NCBI GenBank assembly: GCA_016868575.1
Contig: VGGL01000003.1
Coordinates: 10,162-74,161, forward strand
Direction: 5' to 3'
Length of the DNA stretch: 64,000 nucleotides
DNA from: Bacteroidota bacterium
GTDB taxonomy: Bacteria > Bacteroidota > Bacteroidia > Bacteroidales > FEN-979
Program-made: the position numbers and the translations under genes
Shown: piece by piece, positions 46,920 through 60,079 of the stretch
Layout of the letters: each line of letters opens with the position of its first letter
Numbering within the stretch: the stretch's first letter is position 1
The notes under the pieces: generated by a model
The model's input: the letters and a program-made list of their open reading frames with translations, nothing else
Told to the model about the DNA's origin: nothing
Databases searched by the model: none

Positions 46920-47450
46920 ATGAAAAAAGAGGATAAGAATCAAATGATTGAATCCCTGGCCAATCAGCTCGTGGCAAATCCAAATTTTTATATCGCTGAT
47001 ATTTCTAACCTGAATTCTGAAGCTACTTCAAAACTCAGAAGGCTCTGCTTCAAAAAAGAGGTGAAATTGATAGTGGTAAAAAATGCCCTGCTGAAAAAGG
47101 CCATGGAGAAGACCAACCAGAACTTCGAATCGCTCTACGATGTGTTGAAGGGCGGAACCTGCATCATGTTCGCCGAAGTTGCCAATCAACCGGCCAAACT
47201 GATACAGGAGTTTCGCAGAAGTTCCAACAGGCCCATTCTCAAGGGAGCTTTTATTGAAGAGATGGTATATGTCGGTGATAACCAGCTGGATAACCTGGTC
47301 AATATCAAGTCAAAGAATGAATTGATTGGCGATGTGATCGGCCTGCTCCAATCTCCGATGAGAAATATACTGTCCGCACTTCAGTCGGGAGGTCACACCA
47401 TCTCCGGACTGGTTAAAACACTTTCGGAAAAATCCGAAACAGCAAATTAA
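46920..47450 (+). CDS. rplJ: 50S ribosomal protein L10
   Basis: Position between rplA and rplL, plus an L10-like sequence. Confidence 0.95.
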   Translation: MKKEDKNQMIESLANQLVANPNFYIADISNLNSEATSKLRRLCFKKEVKLIVVKNALLKKAMEKTNQNFESLYDVLKGGTCIMFAEVANQPAKLIQEFRRSSNRPILKGAFIEEMVYVGDNQLDNLVNIKSKNELIGDVIGLLQSPMRNILSALQSGGHTISGLVKTLSEKSETAN

Positions 47451-47517
47451 TTGAAAAGCGTAATTAAATTAAGTTGAACAAACGTCCAAACAGTTGGACA
47501 TAAAAACTGGACAAACC

Positions 47518-47904
47518 ATGGCAGACATTAAAGTTTTAGCAGAACAATTGGTTAACCTGACCGTAAAAGAGGTCAATGAATTGGCGAAAGTCCTGAAGGA
47601 CGAGTACGGTATTGAACCTGCAGCAGCTGCAACCGTTGTAGCTGGCGCAATGCCCGCAGGCGGTGGAGCCCCGGCAGCAGCAGAAGAAGAAAAGAATACC
47701 TATGACGTCGTTCTGAAACATGCCGGACAGGCTAAGCTGGCCGTCGTTAAACTGGTAAAAGAACTTACCAGCCTGGGACTCAAAGAAGCCAAAGAACTCG
47801 TTGATGCAGCCCCGAAAGCGCTCAAGGAAGGAGTTCCAAAGGATGAGGCCGAAGCACTCAAAAAACAACTGGAAGAAGCTGGCGCTGAGGTTGAAATCAA
47901 ATAA
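47518..47904 (+). CDS. rplL: 50S ribosomal protein L7/L12
   Basis: [38 protein letters not shown]…, with an Ala-rich hinge and a C-terminal domain. ATG at 47518. Confidence 0.97.
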   Translation: MADIKVLAEQLVNLTVKEVNELAKVLKDEYGIEPAAAATVVAGAMPAGGGAPAAAEEEKNTYDVVLKHAGQAKLAVVKLVKELTSLGLKEAKELVDAAPKALKEGVPKDEAEALKKQLEEAGAEVEIK

Positions 47905-47944
47905 GCTGATAAAGGAACTTGAGGAACAAAATACAACAAGATTT

Positions 47945-47990
47945 AGACTTGCACCGGGAAACCCCGGGTGCAGGTCTATTTCTTGTTTCT
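47945..47990 (+). terminator. hairpin plus U-rich tract between rplL and rpoB (attenuator/terminator)
   Basis: A ~14-bp stem AGACTTGCACCGGG / CCCGGGTGCAGGTCT with one bulge, followed by ATTTCTTGTTTCTTTC. Confidence 0.55.
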
Positions 47991-48053
47991 TTCAACCGGT
48001 GCTGAATTCACACTGGGTTTGTTATTTGTTTTTAACCTTAAATCCTTATCACC

Positions 48054-51000
48054 TTGGCAGCACAAAAACAACAAAGAATCAGCTTTTCCTCGACCAAAAT
48101 TTCTACAGACTATCCCGATTTTCTTGAAATACAGGTAAAATCCTTTCAGGATTTTTTTCAGTTTGAGACCAATCCCGAGAGCAGGGTCAACGAAGGCCTG
48201 TTTAAAGTTTTCAGTGAGAACTTCCCGATCAGTGATGCACGCAACAACTTCGTGCTGGAATTTCTCGACTATTTCATCGATCCGCCCCGATATACGATCG
48301 AAGAATGCATTGAGCGAGGATTGACCTACAGTGTCCCGCTGAAAGCCAAATTGAAACTCTTCTGTACCGACCCGGAGCATGAAGACTTTGAAACCATCAT
48401 CCAGGATGTTTATCTGGGGATGATCCCTTACATGACACCTCGCGGATCGTTCGTGATCAATGGCGCTGAACGGGTTGTAGTTTCTCAGTTGCACCGTTCT
48501 CCCGGTGTATTCTTTTCCACGAGTTTCCATGCGAATGGCGTGCAGCTATACTCTGCCCGGATCATTCCATTCAAAGGCTCATGGATGGAATTCACGACCG
48601 ATATCAATAATGTGATGTATGCCTACATCGACCGGAAAAAGAAACTCCCGGTAACAACCTTATTGCGGGCCATCGGATTTGAGAGTGACCGTGCTATTCT
48701 GGAGATCTTCGGTCTGGCTGAAGAGATAAAGGTCAACAAATCTGTACTGAAAAAATATATCGGACAGAAACTGGCTGCCCGTGTAGTACGCAGTTGGGTG
48801 GAAGACTTTGTCGACGAAGATACCGGCGAAGTTGTATCAATCGAACGTACCGAAGTGATCATCGACCGGGAAACCATCATCGAACCCCACCATGTGGATA
48901 TGATCATCGATTCAGGCGTGAAAACCATCCTGATCCATAATGAGAGTGCTGCCCATACCGACTATTCGATCATCTTCAATACCCTCCAGAAAGACCCCGC
49001 CAACTCAGAAAAGGAAGCCGTAGAATACATCTACCGACAGCTTCGCAATGCGGAACCCCCGGATGAGGAAACTGCCAGAGGTATTATCGAAAAGCTCTTC
49101 TTCTCTGATAAAAGATATGACCTGGGTGATGTCGGAAGATACCGGATCAATCACCGGCTTAACCTCGACACCCCGCTCGAAACACGCGTTCTTACTAAAG
49201 AAGATATCATCGCCATCATCCGGCACCTGATTGAATTGATCAATTCAAAAACAGAGATCGACGATATCGATCACCTCAGCAACCGCCGGGTCAGAACCGT
49301 CGGCGAACAGCTCTATAACCAATTTGGTGTTGGTCTTGCCCGTATGGCCAGGACCATCCGGGAAAGGATGAATGTGAGGGACAACGAGGTGTTTACCCCC
49401 ATGGACCTCATCAATGCAAAAACCCTTTCTTCGGTTATCAACTCCTTCTTTGGTACGAATCAGCTCTCACAATTCATGGATCAAACGAATCCACTTGCAG
49501 AGCTTACGCATAAAAGAAGGATTTCAGCCCTGGGCCCCGGAGGTCTTTCCAGAGAACGGGCTGGCTTTGAAGTTCGCGACGTCCACTACACCCATTATGG
49601 CCGTCTTTGCACCATTGAAACGCCGGAAGGCCCCAACATCGGTCTGATCTCATCCTTATGCGTTTACGCCAAGATCGATAAATTGGGCTTCATCGAAACA
49701 CCCTATCGCAAGGTGGTCGATGGGAAAGTCGCCATGAATGAAGACCCCATCTACCTCACCGCTGAAGAAGAGGAAAAGAACGTAATTGCACAGGCAACCA
49801 CGAAGATGAAAGACAATGGCCTGCTGGAGGACGATAAAATAAAAGTCCGTTACCAGGCTGACTATCCGATCGTTGGCAAAGATGAAGTGAAACTGATCGA
49901 CATTGCACCCAACCAGATCGCATCCATCGCTTCGTCACTGATCCCTTTCCTGGAGCATGACGATGCCAACCGGGCGCTGATGGGATCAAACATGATGCGA
50001 CAGGCTGTTCCATTGCTCAATCCGGAATCACCGATCGTAGGAACCGGCATTGAAGGAGATGTAGCAACCGATTCCCGTGTGCTGATCAATGCCGAAGGCA
50101 ACGGTATTGTTGAATATGTCGATGCCCGTGAAATAACGATCCGTTACCACCGAAATGAAATTGAAAAGCTGGTCAGCTTTGATGATGATATCAAAACATA
50201 TCGTCTGACCAAGTTCTGCAGAACAAATCAGAACACCTGTATCAACCTGCGGCCCATTGTCAGAAAAGGCGATAAAGTATCCAAAGGACAGGTATTGTGT
50301 GAAGGTTATGCAACCCGCAACGGGGAACTGGCTCTGGGCCGGAACCTGATGGTTGCCTTCATGCCCTGGAAAGGATACAATTTCGAAGATGCTATCGTCA
50401 TCTCTGAAAAAGTCGTGAAAGAGGACATCTTCACCTCCCTCCACATCGAAGAATTCACCATGGAGGTGCGCGATACCAAGAGAGGCCTCGAAGAGCTCAC
50501 CAATGATATTCCCAATGTTAGCGCAGAAGCGACGAAGGAGTTGGATGAAAATGGATTGATCCGCATTGGCGCTGAAGTTAATGAAGGAGATATTTTAATC
50601 GGAAAGATCACTCCCAAGGGGGAAAGTGATCCTACACCGGAAGAAAAATTGCTTCGTGCGATCTTCGGCGATAAGGCTGGTGATGTGAAGGATGCCTCCA
50701 TGAAAGCTCCTCCTGCCATGAAAGGGGTGGTGACTGGCAAACGCCTGTTCTCCAGGCTGATCAAAACAACCAAGGCCAAAGCAAGAGAAAAAGACGACCT
50801 GAAAAAGATCGAAGACGAATTTAACCGTGAAGCCTCGAAGTTGAAATCGAAGCTCATTGAGAAACTCATGGTGCTCGTCAACAACAAAGTCTCGCAAGGT
50901 GTGTTCAACAACTTCAAGGAGGTAATGGTGCCAAAGGGCGTGAGATTCCTTCCAAAATTCTTGACCGACCTGGATTACACCAATATCAATCCGAATAAGT

Positions 51001-51860
51001 GGACGACCGATAAAGAGAAAAATGAACTGATAAAGGTTCTCATCAACAACTATAACGTAAAGTACAAGGAGGTTTTAGGCATTCTAAACCGCCGCAAGTT
51101 TGTTGCTACGGTTGGGGATGAGTTACCCAACGGCATTGTGAAGATGGCCAAAGTGTATGTGGCAAAGAAGCGGAAACTGAAAGTGGGTGATAAAATGGCC
51201 GGCCGCCATGGTAACAAAGGGATTGTTGCAAAAATTGTCCGGGAAGAGGACATGCCGTTCCTGGATGACGGAACGCCTGTTGACATTGTGCTGAACCCAT
51301 TGGGTGTGCCATCCCGAATGAACCTTGGACAAATCTATGAAACCGTGCTGGGTTGGGCTGGCAAGGAACTGGGTTTCACTTTCGCCACCCCCATTTTTGA
51401 CGGTGCATCACTGGATGAGATCAACGGACTGATGGAAAAGGCAAATATCCCGAAGAATGGTATGGTTTACCTGAATGACGGAGATTCCGGTGAACGCTTT
51501 GATCAGCCGGCAACTGTAGGCTACATCTATATGATGAAGTTGCATCATATGGTAGATGACAAGATGCATGCCCGCTCTATAGGCCCTTATTCCCTGATCA
51601 CGCAACAGCCGTTGGGCGGAAAGGCCCAATTTGGCGGACAGCGTTTTGGAGAAATGGAAGTCTGGGCGCTGGAGGCATTTGGCGCTGCCAGCGTACTCCA
51701 GGAAATCCTGACTGTAAAATCAGATGATGTCATTGGCCGTGCCAAAGCGTATGAATCCATCGTGAAAGGTGAAAATATGCCCACTCCCGGCGCTCCCGAA
51801 TCATTTAACGTGCTGATCCATGAGTTGCGCGGATTGGGGCTGAACATCACCTTTGATTAA
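48054..51860 (+). CDS. rpoB: DNA-directed RNA polymerase subunit beta
   Basis: A 1268-aa RpoB. TTG start; the N-terminus QRISFSSTK…[15 protein letters not shown] matches the Bacteroidota RpoB pattern. Confidence 0.99.
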   Translation: MAAQKQQRISFSSTKISTDYPDFLEIQVKSFQDFFQFETNPESRVNEGLFKVFSENFPISDARNNFVLEFLDYFIDPPRYTIEECIERGLTYSVPLKAKLKLFCTDPEHEDFETIIQDVYLGMIPYMTPRGSFVINGAERVVVSQLHRSPGVFFSTSFHANGVQLYSARIIPFKGSWMEFTTDINNVMYAYIDRKKKLPVTTLLRAIGFESDRAILEIFGLAEEIKVNKSVLKKYIGQKLAARVVRSWVEDFVDEDTGEVVSIERTEVIIDRETIIEPHHVDMIIDSGVKTILIHNESAAHTDYSIIFNTLQKDPANSEKEAVEYIYRQLRNAEPPDEETARGIIEKLFFSDKRYDLGDVGRYRINHRLNLDTPLETRVLTKEDIIAIIRHLIELINSKTEIDDIDHLSNRRVRTVGEQLYNQFGVGLARMARTIRERMNVRDNEVFTPMDLINAKTLSSVINSFFGTNQLSQFMDQTNPLAELTHKRRISALGPGGLSRERAGFEVRDVHYTHYGRLCTIETPEGPNIGLISSLCVYAKIDKLGFIETPYRKVVDGKVAMNEDPIYLTAEEEEKNVIAQATTKMKDNGLLEDDKIKVRYQADYPIVGKDEVKLIDIAPNQIASIASSLIPFLEHDDANRALMGSNMMRQAVPLLNPESPIVGTGIEGDVATDSRVLINAEGNGIVEYVDAREITIRYHRNEIEKLVSFDDDIKTYRLTKFCRTNQNTCINLRPIVRKGDKVSKGQVLCEGYATRNGELALGRNLMVAFMPWKGYNFEDAIVISEKVVKEDIFTSLHIEEFTMEVRDTKRGLEELTNDIPNVSAEATKELDENGLIRIGAEVNEGDILIGKITPKGESDPTPEEKLLRAIFGDKAGDVKDASMKAPPAMKGVVTGKRLFSRLIKTTKAKAREKDDLKKIEDEFNREASKLKSKLIEKLMVLVNNKVSQGVFNNFKEVMVPKGVRFLPKFLTDLDYTNINPNKWTTDKEKNELIKVLINNYNVKYKEVLGILNRRKFVATVGDELPNGIVKMAKVYVAKKRKLKVGDKMAGRHGNKGIVAKIVREEDMPFLDDGTPVDIVLNPLGVPSRMNLGQIYETVLGWAGKELGFTFATPIFDGASLDEINGLMEKANIPKNGMVYLNDGDSGERFDQPATVGYIYMMKLHHMVDDKMHARSIGPYSLITQQPLGGKAQFGGQRFGEMEVWALEAFGAASVLQEILTVKSDDVIGRAKAYESIVKGENMPTPGAPESFNVLIHELRGLGLNITFD

Positions 51861-51919
51861 AAACAGGCACATCAGTAGTGTAAAGAAAACAGAATCACAA
51901 TTATAATCAACAAGATATC

Positions 51920-54900
51920 ATGGCTTTCAAAAGAGAAAATCCGATTACCGGTGGTTTTTCGAGGATGACCATTAGCCTGGCATCGCCTGAAAAAATCCTG
52001 GAGTTGTCGAGCGGAGAGGTGCTGAAACCTGAGACAATCAATTACCGGACATATAAGCCGGAACGTGATGGGCTTTTTTGCGAGCGGATATTCGGGCCTG
52101 TGAAAGATTGGGAATGTCACTGTGGAAAGTACAAGCGGATCAGGTACAAAGGGATCGTCTGCGACCGTTGTGGTGTGGAAGTAACGGAGAAAAAAGTCAG
52201 AAGAGAACGCAGCGGACATATCCAACTGGTCGTTCCTGTAACCCACATTTGGTTTTTCCGCTCCATCCCAAGTAAAATCGGCGCCCTTCTGGGAGTTCAA
52301 TCGAAAAAGCTGGAAAGCATCATCTATTATGAGAAGTATGTCGTCATCCAGCCTGGAATCCTGAATGGGAAAGTCAACAAGCTGGATTTTCTTTCTGAAG
52401 AGGAATATTTTACCTTCCTGGAAAGCCTTCCGCAGGAGAACCAATATCTTGATGATGCAGATCCGAATAAATTCATCGCCAAGATGGGCGGCGATGCGCT
52501 CTATGATTTTCTGTCGCGGATTGATCTGGACAAGGAATCTTTTGAATTGCGTGATCGTGCCAATAATGAGACTTCCCAACAACGGAAGACCGAGTTGTTA
52601 AAAAGACTTCAGGTCTTTGAATCGTTCAGGGATGCCAATAAACGGATCGAAAATCGCCCGGAATGGATGATCCTGAAGGTGATCCCGGTGATCCCTCCGG
52701 AACTCAGACCGCTCGTACCGTTGGATGGTGGACGGTTTGCCACTTCCGACCTGAACGATCTCTACCGCCGCGTCATCATCCGGAACAACCGTTTGAAGAG
52801 ATTGATCGAAATCAAAGCCCCGGATGTAATCCTTCGAAATGAGAAACGGATGCTCCAGGAAGCTGTCGATTCTTTGTTGGACAACAGCCGCAAATCCAGC
52901 GCTGTGAAAACCGACTCCAACCGGGCGCTAAAGTCACTTAGTGACAGCCTGAAAGGGAAACAGGGAAGGTTTCGTCAGAATCTGCTCGGCAAAAGGGTTG
53001 ACTACTCCGGCCGTTCTGTGATCGTCGTTGGCCCTGAACTGAAGCTGAATGAATGCGGACTTCCCAAAGAAATGGCTTCCGAGCTTTTCAAGCCGTTCAT
53101 TATCCGGAAGATGCTGGAAAGAGGCATTGTTAAAACGGTCAAGTCAGCCAAAAAGATCGTTGACCGGAAAGATCCGGTGGTTTGGGATATCCTTGAAAAC
53201 ATTCTGAAAGGTCACCCGGTCATGCTCAATCGGGCACCTACACTCCACCGGCTTGGTATCCAGGCGTTTCAACCCAAGCTTATTGAGGGGAAGGCCATCC
53301 AGTTGCATCCCCTTGTATGTACGGCATTCAACGCTGACTTCGATGGTGACCAAATGGCGGTACACGTACCACTGGGAAATGCAGCGGTTCTGGAAACCCA
53401 ATTGTTGATGATCGCTTCCCATAATATCCTTAACCCGGCAAACGGTGCACCCATCACAGTTCCTTCCCAGGACATGGTTTTGGGGCTGTATTACATGACC
53501 AAGGCACGAAAATCGGAGCCGAACCACCCCATCAAAGGCGAAGGATCGATGTTTTATTCTCCGGAAGAGGTTATCATTGCTTATAATGAACGCAAACTCG
53601 ATCTTCATGCCATCATCAAGGTCAGGCTGCAGGTTGTGGAAAATGATCTGAAAGTTTACCGGGTGGTGGAAACAACCACCGGACGGATCCTGTTCAACCA
53701 GGTCGTTCCGGCTGAATTTGGATTCATCAATCAGGTACTGACAAAGAAAGCGCTGCGGGATATCATCGGCGATATCCTTAAAACAACAGGCACTGCCAAG
53801 ACTGCAAAATTCCTTGATGACATCAAGAACCAGGGATTTGAAATGGCCTTCCATGGTGGCCTTTCATTCAACATGGACGACGTGATCATCCCGGAAATGA
53901 AGGAAGAACTGATCAGGAGTGCCAATGAGGAAGTTGATGAAGTGGTATCCAACTACAACATGGGTGTCATCACAAACAATGAAAGATACAACCAGATCAT
54001 CGACATCTGGACACATACGAATTCCCGCCTTACCCAAACCCTGATGGAAAGGTTGTCGAAAGACAAACAAGGCTTCAACCCGGTATACATGATGCTCGAT
54101 TCCGGAGCCCGTGGTTCCAAAGAACAGATCCGTCAGTTGTCAGGGATGCGGGGTCTGATGGCGAAACCTCAAAAATCCGGAGCTACCGGAGGTGAAATTA
54201 TTGAGAATCCGATCCTTTCAAACTTTAAAGAAGGGTTGTCGGTGTTGGAGTATTTTATCTCAACCCACGGGGCCCGTAAAGGTTTGGCAGATACCGCTTT
54301 GAAAACGGCAGATGCCGGGTATCTTACCCGCCGGCTGGTAGACGTAGCACAGGATGTGATCATCTCTGAAGAAGACTGTGGAACATTACGCGGACTGATG
54401 ATCTCTGCCCTGAAAAAGCACGAGGAAGTGCACGAAACCTTGTATGACCGCATCCTTGGACGGGTTGCCCTGCACGATGTCTATCATCCGAGTACAGGCG
54501 ATTTGATTTGCCAGGCAGGTGAAGAGATCAATGAAAAGATTGCTCAGCAGATAACAGAATCTCCGCTGGAATCGGTGGAAATCCGTTCTGTGCTGACCTG
54601 TGAATCAAAGAGAGGGGTTTGTGCAAGGTGCTATGGAAGAAACCTGGCTTCCGGTCGCATGGTAGAAAAAGGGGAAGCGGTTGGCGTAATTGCTGCCCAG
54701 TCCATCGGTGAGCCTGGAACACAGCTTACCCTCCGTACTTTCCACGTCGGTGGTGTTGCCGGGGTTAATATTGCCAGCTTATCCCGGATCGAAGCCAGGT
54801 ATGATGGGATTCTCGAGATCGATGAACTCCGTTCTGTAGAAAATACACAGAGCGGGAAGAAAGTCGAGATTGTTATCGGCCGGTCTGCAGAAATGCGGAT

Positions 54901-56197
54901 CGTGGACAAGAAGACTCAGATCATCCTGACCTCCCAGAACATTCCCTATGGCGCAAATCTCTATTTCAAGCATGGAGATCACGTTTCCAGGGGGGATATC
55001 ATCAGCGAATGGGATCCTTACAATGCAGTTATTTTATCAGAAGTTGCCGGCAAGATCCAGTATGAAAATATTATCGAAGGGGTTACCTACCGTGTCGAAT
55101 CGGATGAAACAACCGGCTATCAGGATAAGGTAATCATCGAATCACGGCAAAAAGCGAAAAACCCTGCAATCAATATTCTCAGCTCAACCGGTGAAGTCCT
55201 CCGGACCTATGATATTCCGGTTGGCGCTCATATTGCGATTGAAAACAATGTTAAGATCAAAGCTGGGGACATCCTTGTCAAGATCCCCAGAGCTGTAGGA
55301 AAATCGGGAGATATCACCGGTGGCTTGCCGCGGGTAACAGAGCTTTTTGAAGCCAGGAATCCTTCTGATCCGGCAGTGGTCTCAGAAATCGACGGCGTGG
55401 TCACAATTGCAAAGAAACTCAAACGTGGCAACAGAGAGGTGATCATCACATCCAAAACCAATGAAGAGAAGCGGTATCTCGTACCAACGACGAAACAAAT
55501 CCTGGCACAGGAAAATGACTTCGTCCGGGCAGGTACCCCACTCTCCGATGGTACCCTCACACCGGGTGACATCCTTGCCATCAAGGGACCCATGAAGGTA
55601 CAGGAATATATCGTGAATGAAATTCAGGAAGTTTACCGGCTGCAGGGTGTAAAAATCAATGATAAACACTTTGAAGTTATCGTGCGCCAGATGATGCGGA
55701 AAGTTGAAATCATCGATCCCGGTGATTCAAAATTCCTGGAAGGTGAGCTGGCCAATAAAAATGATTTCCAAGATGAAAATGACGGGATCTTTGGGAAAAA
55801 GGTTGTCACTGAACCGGGTGACTCTGCAAGCCTGAAGTCTGGTCAAATTATCAGTGCGCGGAAACTTCGCGATGAAAATTCCATGCTGAAACGAAAGGAT
55901 AAACTGCTGGTTGAAGCCAGAGATGCCAAACCTGCCACCGCCCGCCAAATCCTACAAGGGATCACCAGAGCCTCCCTGCAGACTAAGAGTTTTCTGTCAG
56001 CTTCATCATTCCAGGAAACAACAAAAGTACTCACTAACGCTTCCATCAATGCCAAGGTTGATGACCTGCAGGGACTGAAGGAAAACATTATTGTCGGGCA
56101 CCTGATACCGGCCGGCACAGGTCTCAGAGACTACGAAAATATTATTGTCGGATCGAAAGAAGAATATGATGCCTTGATGGCTTCAAAACAGGAATAA
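51920..56197 (+). CDS. rpoC: DNA-directed RNA polymerase subunit beta'
   Basis: A 1425-aa RpoC with the NADFDGD active site and a zinc-binding CHCGKY…CDRCG motif. Confidence 0.99.
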   Translation: MAFKRENPITGGFSRMTISLASPEKILELSSGEVLKPETINYRTYKPERDGLFCERIFGPVKDWECHCGKYKRIRYKGIVCDRCGVEVTEKKVRRERSGHIQLVVPVTHIWFFRSIPSKIGALLGVQSKKLESIIYYEKYVVIQPGILNGKVNKLDFLSEEEYFTFLESLPQENQYLDDADPNKFIAKMGGDALYDFLSRIDLDKESFELRDRANNETSQQRKTELLKRLQVFESFRDANKRIENRPEWMILKVIPVIPPELRPLVPLDGGRFATSDLNDLYRRVIIRNNRLKRLIEIKAPDVILRNEKRMLQEAVDSLLDNSRKSSAVKTDSNRALKSLSDSLKGKQGRFRQNLLGKRVDYSGRSVIVVGPELKLNECGLPKEMASELFKPFIIRKMLERGIVKTVKSAKKIVDRKDPVVWDILENILKGHPVMLNRAPTLHRLGIQAFQPKLIEGKAIQLHPLVCTAFNADFDGDQMAVHVPLGNAAVLETQLLMIASHNILNPANGAPITVPSQDMVLGLYYMTKARKSEPNHPIKGEGSMFYSPEEVIIAYNERKLDLHAIIKVRLQVVENDLKVYRVVETTTGRILFNQVVPAEFGFINQVLTKKALRDIIGDILKTTGTAKTAKFLDDIKNQGFEMAFHGGLSFNMDDVIIPEMKEELIRSANEEVDEVVSNYNMGVITNNERYNQIIDIWTHTNSRLTQTLMERLSKDKQGFNPVYMMLDSGARGSKEQIRQLSGMRGLMAKPQKSGATGGEIIENPILSNFKEGLSVLEYFISTHGARKGLADTALKTADAGYLTRRLVDVAQDVIISEEDCGTLRGLMISALKKHEEVHETLYDRILGRVALHDVYHPSTGDLICQAGEEINEKIAQQITESPLESVEIRSVLTCESKRGVCARCYGRNLASGRMVEKGEAVGVIAAQSIGEPGTQLTLRTFHVGGVAGVNIASLSRIEARYDGILEIDELRSVENTQSGKKVEIVIGRSAEMRIVDKKTQIILTSQNIPYGANLYFKHGDHVSRGDIISEWDPYNAVILSEVAGKIQYENIIEGVTYRVESDETTGYQDKVIIESRQKAKNPAINILSSTGEVLRTYDIPVGAHIAIENNVKIKAGDILVKIPRAVGKSGDITGGLPRVTELFEARNPSDPAVVSEIDGVVTIAKKLKRGNREVIITSKTNEEKRYLVPTTKQILAQENDFVRAGTPLSDGTLTPGDILAIKGPMKVQEYIVNEIQEVYRLQGVKINDKHFEVIVRQMMRKVEIIDPGDSKFLEGELANKNDFQDENDGIFGKKVVTEPGDSASLKSGQIISARKLRDENSMLKRKDKLLVEARDAKPATARQILQGITRASLQTKSFLSASSFQETTKVLTNASINAKVDDLQGLKENIIVGHLIPAGTGLRDYENIIVGSKEEYDALMASKQE

Positions 56198-56205
56198 TTT
56201 AATTT

Positions 56206-56523
56206 ATGGCTGATCAGAAACAACCCAATCAGGGAAATATTAACATCGAGTTGTCGGATGAAGTGGCGGAAGGAATCTACTCCAACCTTGCCATTATTAC
56301 CCATTCACCAACCGAGTTCATCATTGATTTTGTAAAAATGATGCCGGGTATTCCAAAGGCAAAAGTGAAGTCACGGATCATCCTCACGCCTCAGCATGTT
56401 AAAAGACTGATGATGGCTTTGAAAGACAATATCAGCAAATATGAGTCGGTTCATGGGGAGATCAAAGATGTTGACGGGCACAATATCCCGTTCAACATGG
56501 GAGGTCCAACAGCACAAGCCTGA
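56206..56523 (+). CDS. DUF3467 domain-containing protein
   Basis: The …YSNLAIITHSPTEFIIDF… motif. The position directly after rpoC is conserved in Bacteroidota. Confidence 0.8.
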   Translation: MADQKQPNQGNINIELSDEVAEGIYSNLAIITHSPTEFIIDFVKMMPGIPKAKVKSRIILTPQHVKRLMMALKDNISKYESVHGEIKDVDGHNIPFNMGGPTAQA

Positions 56524-56529
56524 CCGTTA

Positions 56530-57723
56530 TTATTTTTCCTTTCTGAAGCGTTCCAGCATTTGCCGGTAATTTTCTGTGGGTTCGCCCATTTCCTCTGCAA
56601 GCTGGATAGCCTTTTCTTCGTGGATGATGGCTTCATCAATAAAACCAAGCTTATGCAATATGCAGGCATAAGTGTCAAGGTTATAAGGCTTGGTATCCAA
56701 TTCGACAGAACGGGCCGCCCATTTTAATGCCTGCTGAAGCATCTCCTCTTCTGAATAATTTTCGAAAACAAACCAGGCCACCTCGTTCAGTGCTGTGGGA
56801 TCTAGCCAGAGGTGTTGTGGCACCCCTTCCAGCGCAGTTTGGGCATAAGCACCCGGATCATTGGCCCTGCGGGCTCGATCCAGATCAGCCTGGAACACGA
56901 TCTTATCAGCATGCTCATAGCCGGTTTCAAGAATCTGTCGCTTGGCAGCCTCGTATTTTAACGGATCGAATGTTTTGGCATTCAGAATGGCATTTATTGA
57001 ATTATAGAAAACACTTGAAATCTTCGTGTCGACCGAATCCTGTGAATATAACTCGGCATATTTGCTCCGGTTTTCAAATAAAAAATTGAATTGTGGCCAG
57101 ATCGTATTATTCACAAACCGGTAAATGATTTTCCAATTTTGTGACGCAAAAAGATCCTCCTGCTTTTGGGTAGCAAAATATTGCTCCAGTATTTGGTCGT
57201 AAGGGAGATATGCCTTTTGAAGAACTTCCAGATAAGACCTTAGAAAAACAGCATTATCCTTGTTGCCAGGAAGCCTTTCCTCAAACCCGGCTAACCGGTT
57301 AAGCGGGTCAGTCGCCGTCTTACATAATTCGATGTATTCCCTGACCTGCTGCATGGCGCCAACCGACCGGTGTACCATCTTCCCCTTTGAATCAACAAAC
57401 AGCAATGTGGGGTACGCTTTGATGTTGAATTGCTCCCGAAGCTGAATGCCTTCTCCTTTTTCCATATCAAATTTTACACAGATAAACTGTTCGTTGAAAA
57501 TATCTGCCACGGTGTCGTTGGTAAAGATATTCGCCGACATCCATTTACAGGGCCTACACCAGCTGGCATACGCGTCCATGAAAATGAGTTTCTGGCTCTG
57601 GCGGGCCTTGTTGAGGGCTTGTTGCCAGGTCAATTCCTGAAAGTTGATGGAGCGGTTTTGTGCGCCGGTGGTCAAAGCGGCACAAAAGACCATGATAAAA
57701 AGCACTAACCTCAGGTTTTTCAT
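56530..57723 (-). CDS. secreted thioredoxin-fold protein with a helical (TPR-like) C-terminal domain
   Basis: Signal peptide, WCRPCKWM CxxC motif, and a thioredoxin-like fold. The start is taken at MKNLRLV (57723). Confidence 0.78.
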   Translation of the reverse strand: MKNLRLVLFIMVFCAALTTGAQNRSINFQELTWQQALNKARQSQKLIFMDAYASWCRPCKWMSANIFTNDTVADIFNEQFICVKFDMEKGEGIQLREQFNIKAYPTLLFVDSKGKMVHRSVGAMQQVREYIELCKTATDPLNRLAGFEERLPGNKDNAVFLRSYLEVLQKAYLPYDQILEQYFATQKQEDLFASQNWKIIYRFVNNTIWPQFNFLFENRSKYAELYSQDSVDTKISSVFYNSINAILNAKTFDPLKYEAAKRQILETGYEHADKIVFQADLDRARRANDPGAYAQTALEGVPQHLWLDPTALNEVAWFVFENYSEEEMLQQALKWAARSVELDTKPYNLDTYACILHKLGFIDEAIIHEEKAIQLAEEMGEPTENYRQMLERFRKEK

Positions 57724-57806
57724 TTTAATGTATTTATTTTTTGCAATATTACGAATAAAAGTGGAAGCATAGAATTTCGTATTTTCGCATACCATAAGCT
57801 ATACAG

Positions 57807-58598
57807 ATGCTCCCGTATACAGAGGTTGTCATGATCGGATCAGGTCGCGTTGCGAAATCCCTGGGAAGTGCATTGTGTCAGGCAAATATCCCGGTTAGCC
57901 AGGTATACAGCCAAAATCGCAGGCATGCTGAATCTTTGGCAAATGATTGGTTTTGCGACGCCACAGACTGTCTTGCGGAAATCCGTCCTTCTGCTGATCT
58001 TTATATCATTGCTGTCAGCGATGATTCGATCAAGCATGTTGCGGTGCAAATGCCACGGGTTCAAGGTGTTGTTATACATACTTCCGGCGCCTCTCCCATC
58101 CAGCTTCTTGATGGAGTTTCGAGAAATACCGGCGTTTTCTATCCCCTTCAGTCTTTTTCGGCCGCCGGGATCACCGCGTTGGAAAATGTCCCCCTGATCG
58201 TTGAGGCCAGCAATCAATCTACCACAGATAAGCTGGTTGAACTTGCCCTTCTGATTTCGGGAAAAAGCCTTGTTTTGCCTTATCAGGAGCGGAGCTGGCT
58301 TCACCTTGCAGCTGTGGTATCGGCCAATTTCAGCAACTTCATGGTTTCCTGGGGAGAAGCGTTGTTAAAAGAAAAAAAGATCGACTTCAGCCTGTTGCAA
58401 CCGCTGCTGGAAACTGTATCTTCCCGTTTTCTGAAAGGAGATGCCTTTGATGCCCAGACAGGACCGGCAATCCGGGGAGATACGGAGACTCTTGCCAGAC
58501 ACCTGAAGATGTTGGAAGGTTATCCGGAATACCAGGCGTTGTATGATCAAATCTCAAAGAATATCATCAATTTAAATAAGAAGTATGGCAGGTTTTAA
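57807..58598 (+). CDS. Rossmann-like / DUF2520 domain protein
   Basis: N-terminal MIGSGRVAKSLG dinucleotide-binding motif and a DUF2520-like C-terminus (…PAIRGD…). Confidence 0.72.
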   Translation: MLPYTEVVMIGSGRVAKSLGSALCQANIPVSQVYSQNRRHAESLANDWFCDATDCLAEIRPSADLYIIAVSDDSIKHVAVQMPRVQGVVIHTSGASPIQLLDGVSRNTGVFYPLQSFSAAGITALENVPLIVEASNQSTTDKLVELALLISGKSLVLPYQERSWLHLAAVVSANFSNFMVSWGEALLKEKKIDFSLLQPLLETVSSRFLKGDAFDAQTGPAIRGDTETLARHLKMLEGYPEYQALYDQISKNIINLNKKYGRF

Positions 58599-59106
58599 AG
58601 AAGATATCAAGCATGTCACCACCTTTATCTTTGATTATGATGGGGTGATGACGAATGGTAGTGTATTGATGCTGAGTGATGGGGAAGCTTTGAGAATGGG
58701 GAACGTAAGAGATGGATATGCGCTGCAGTTGGCTCTTAGAAAGGGATACCGTGTGGCCGTCATCTCGGGAGGGAAATCCGAGAGCATGTACAAAAGGCTT
58801 CATATGCTGAAGATCAAGGATGTTTTTCTGGGAATCACCAATAAATTGGAAGTATTCAGAACGTATTTGGCTGATCATGGCCTGAAGAACGAACAGGTTC
58901 TTTATATGGGAGATGACATCCCGGACTATGAGGTCATGCTGGAAGCAGGTGTTCCGGTCTGCCCTGCGGATGCGGCAGAAGAAATCAAATCCATTGCATC
59001 CTATATTTCCGGGAAGGAGGGTGGAAAAGGCTGCGTAAGGGATGTGATTGAACAGGTATTGAAAATCCATGGAAATTGGATGACCGAAGAAGCGTTTCAT
59101 TGGTAA
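58585..59106 (+). CDS. kdsC: 3-deoxy-D-manno-octulosonate 8-phosphate phosphatase (HAD-IIIA, KdsC family)
   Basis: FIFDYDGVMTNG (DxDG), VISGG and YMGDDIPD motifs in 173 aa. Confidence 0.85.
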   Translation: MAGFKEDIKHVTTFIFDYDGVMTNGSVLMLSDGEALRMGNVRDGYALQLALRKGYRVAVISGGKSESMYKRLHMLKIKDVFLGITNKLEVFRTYLADHGLKNEQVLYMGDDIPDYEVMLEAGVPVCPADAAEEIKSIASYISGKEGGKGCVRDVIEQVLKIHGNWMTEEAFHW

Positions 59107-59116
59107 ATCCACGGCC

Positions 59117-60079
59117 ATGAACAAAGAATCAATCCTGGCTTTGATCCGGTTGATCCGGTTACCCAACCTGGGGATCATCATCCTCACACAGTTTCTTTTA
59201 CGGTACTGTGTGATCGTGCCGATCCTTTACACTGGGCATGCCCCGGCAACACCGGGTTTCGACTTTTTTATCCTGGTTCTGGTCTCTGTGTTAATTGCGG
59301 CTGGTGGTTATATCATCAACGACATTTATGATGTAGAGACCGACCGGATCAACCGGCCTGAAAAACCGGTAATCGAAAGGATCATCCCTGTCAAAACTGC
59401 GTTGGTGTTGTATTTCTCCTTCACGATTACCGGCACTGTGCTGGGCTTCTTTCTGGCATATATCGTAAAATCGCTCAGTTTTGGCCTGATGTTTCTGGTC
59501 ATCATCCTGCTGCTTTGGTTTTATGCCGTGAGGTACAAAAAGATGATGATCACAGGAAACCTGGTTGTGTCCTTTCTTTCAGCATTTTCCATTCTGGTGG
59601 TATGGCTCTTTGAGCTTTTCGCTTTACGTAACCATGGTATCACCTATACCGATGTCTTCAAAAAACTGCCTCTCGTCTGGTACATCATCCTCTTTTATGC
59701 GGTTTTTGCTTTCTTTCTGAGTTGGATACGCGAGATCATCAAGGATATTGAAGACATGGAAGGGGACAGGGCAACGGGGTGCAGATCTTTCCCTGTTGTG
59801 AGGGGGGTTAATCAATCAAAATGGCTGGCTGGCGGACTCATTGCCCTAGTGTCTGCCGGATTGATCGTGGTGGATTTCATCCTCTGCAATCAGTCCATAG
59901 ATTATGTGATGTGGTATTTGATAGCGGTCGTTCAGCTCCCGCTTGTATTGCTTGCCTATCGGCTTTCCAGGACAAAAAGCACATCCGATTTTCAATTTTT
60001 CAGCCTGATGATCAAGATCATCATGGTGGCTGGAATCTTATCGCTGCAGGTTTTTTACATGAATATGAATCATTTCTGA
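59117..60079 (+). CDS. UbiA-family prenyltransferase (geranylgeranylglycerol-phosphate-transferase-like)
   Basis: Eight or nine TM helices, NDIYDVETDRINRP (NxxxDxxxD), and a second Asp-rich motif KDIEDMEGD. Confidence 0.82.
   Translation: MNKESILALIRLIRLPNLGIIILTQFLLRYCVIVPILYTGHAPATPGFDFFILVLVSVLIAAGGYIINDIYDVETDRINRPEKPVIERIIPVKTALVLYFSFTITGTVLGFFLAYIVKSLSFGLMFLVIILLLWFYAVRYKKMMITGNLVVSFLSAFSILVVWLFELFALRNHGITYTDVFKKLPLVWYIILFYAVFAFFLSWIREIIKDIEDMEGDRATGCRSFPVVRGVNQSKWLAGGLIALVSAGLIVVDFILCNQSIDYVMWYLIAVVQLPLVLLAYRLSRTKSTSDFQFFSLMIKIIMVAGILSLQVFYMNMNHF

Noticed and set aside
51872-52582. 236-aa minus-strand ORF overlapping the rpoB-rpoC junction and the rpoC 5' end
   Set aside because: It is a shadow ORF antisense to rpoC with no independent signals. 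The same applies to 47976-48530 (antisense to the rpoB start), 53144-53854, 50306-50917 and 58567-59187 (antisense to kdsC).
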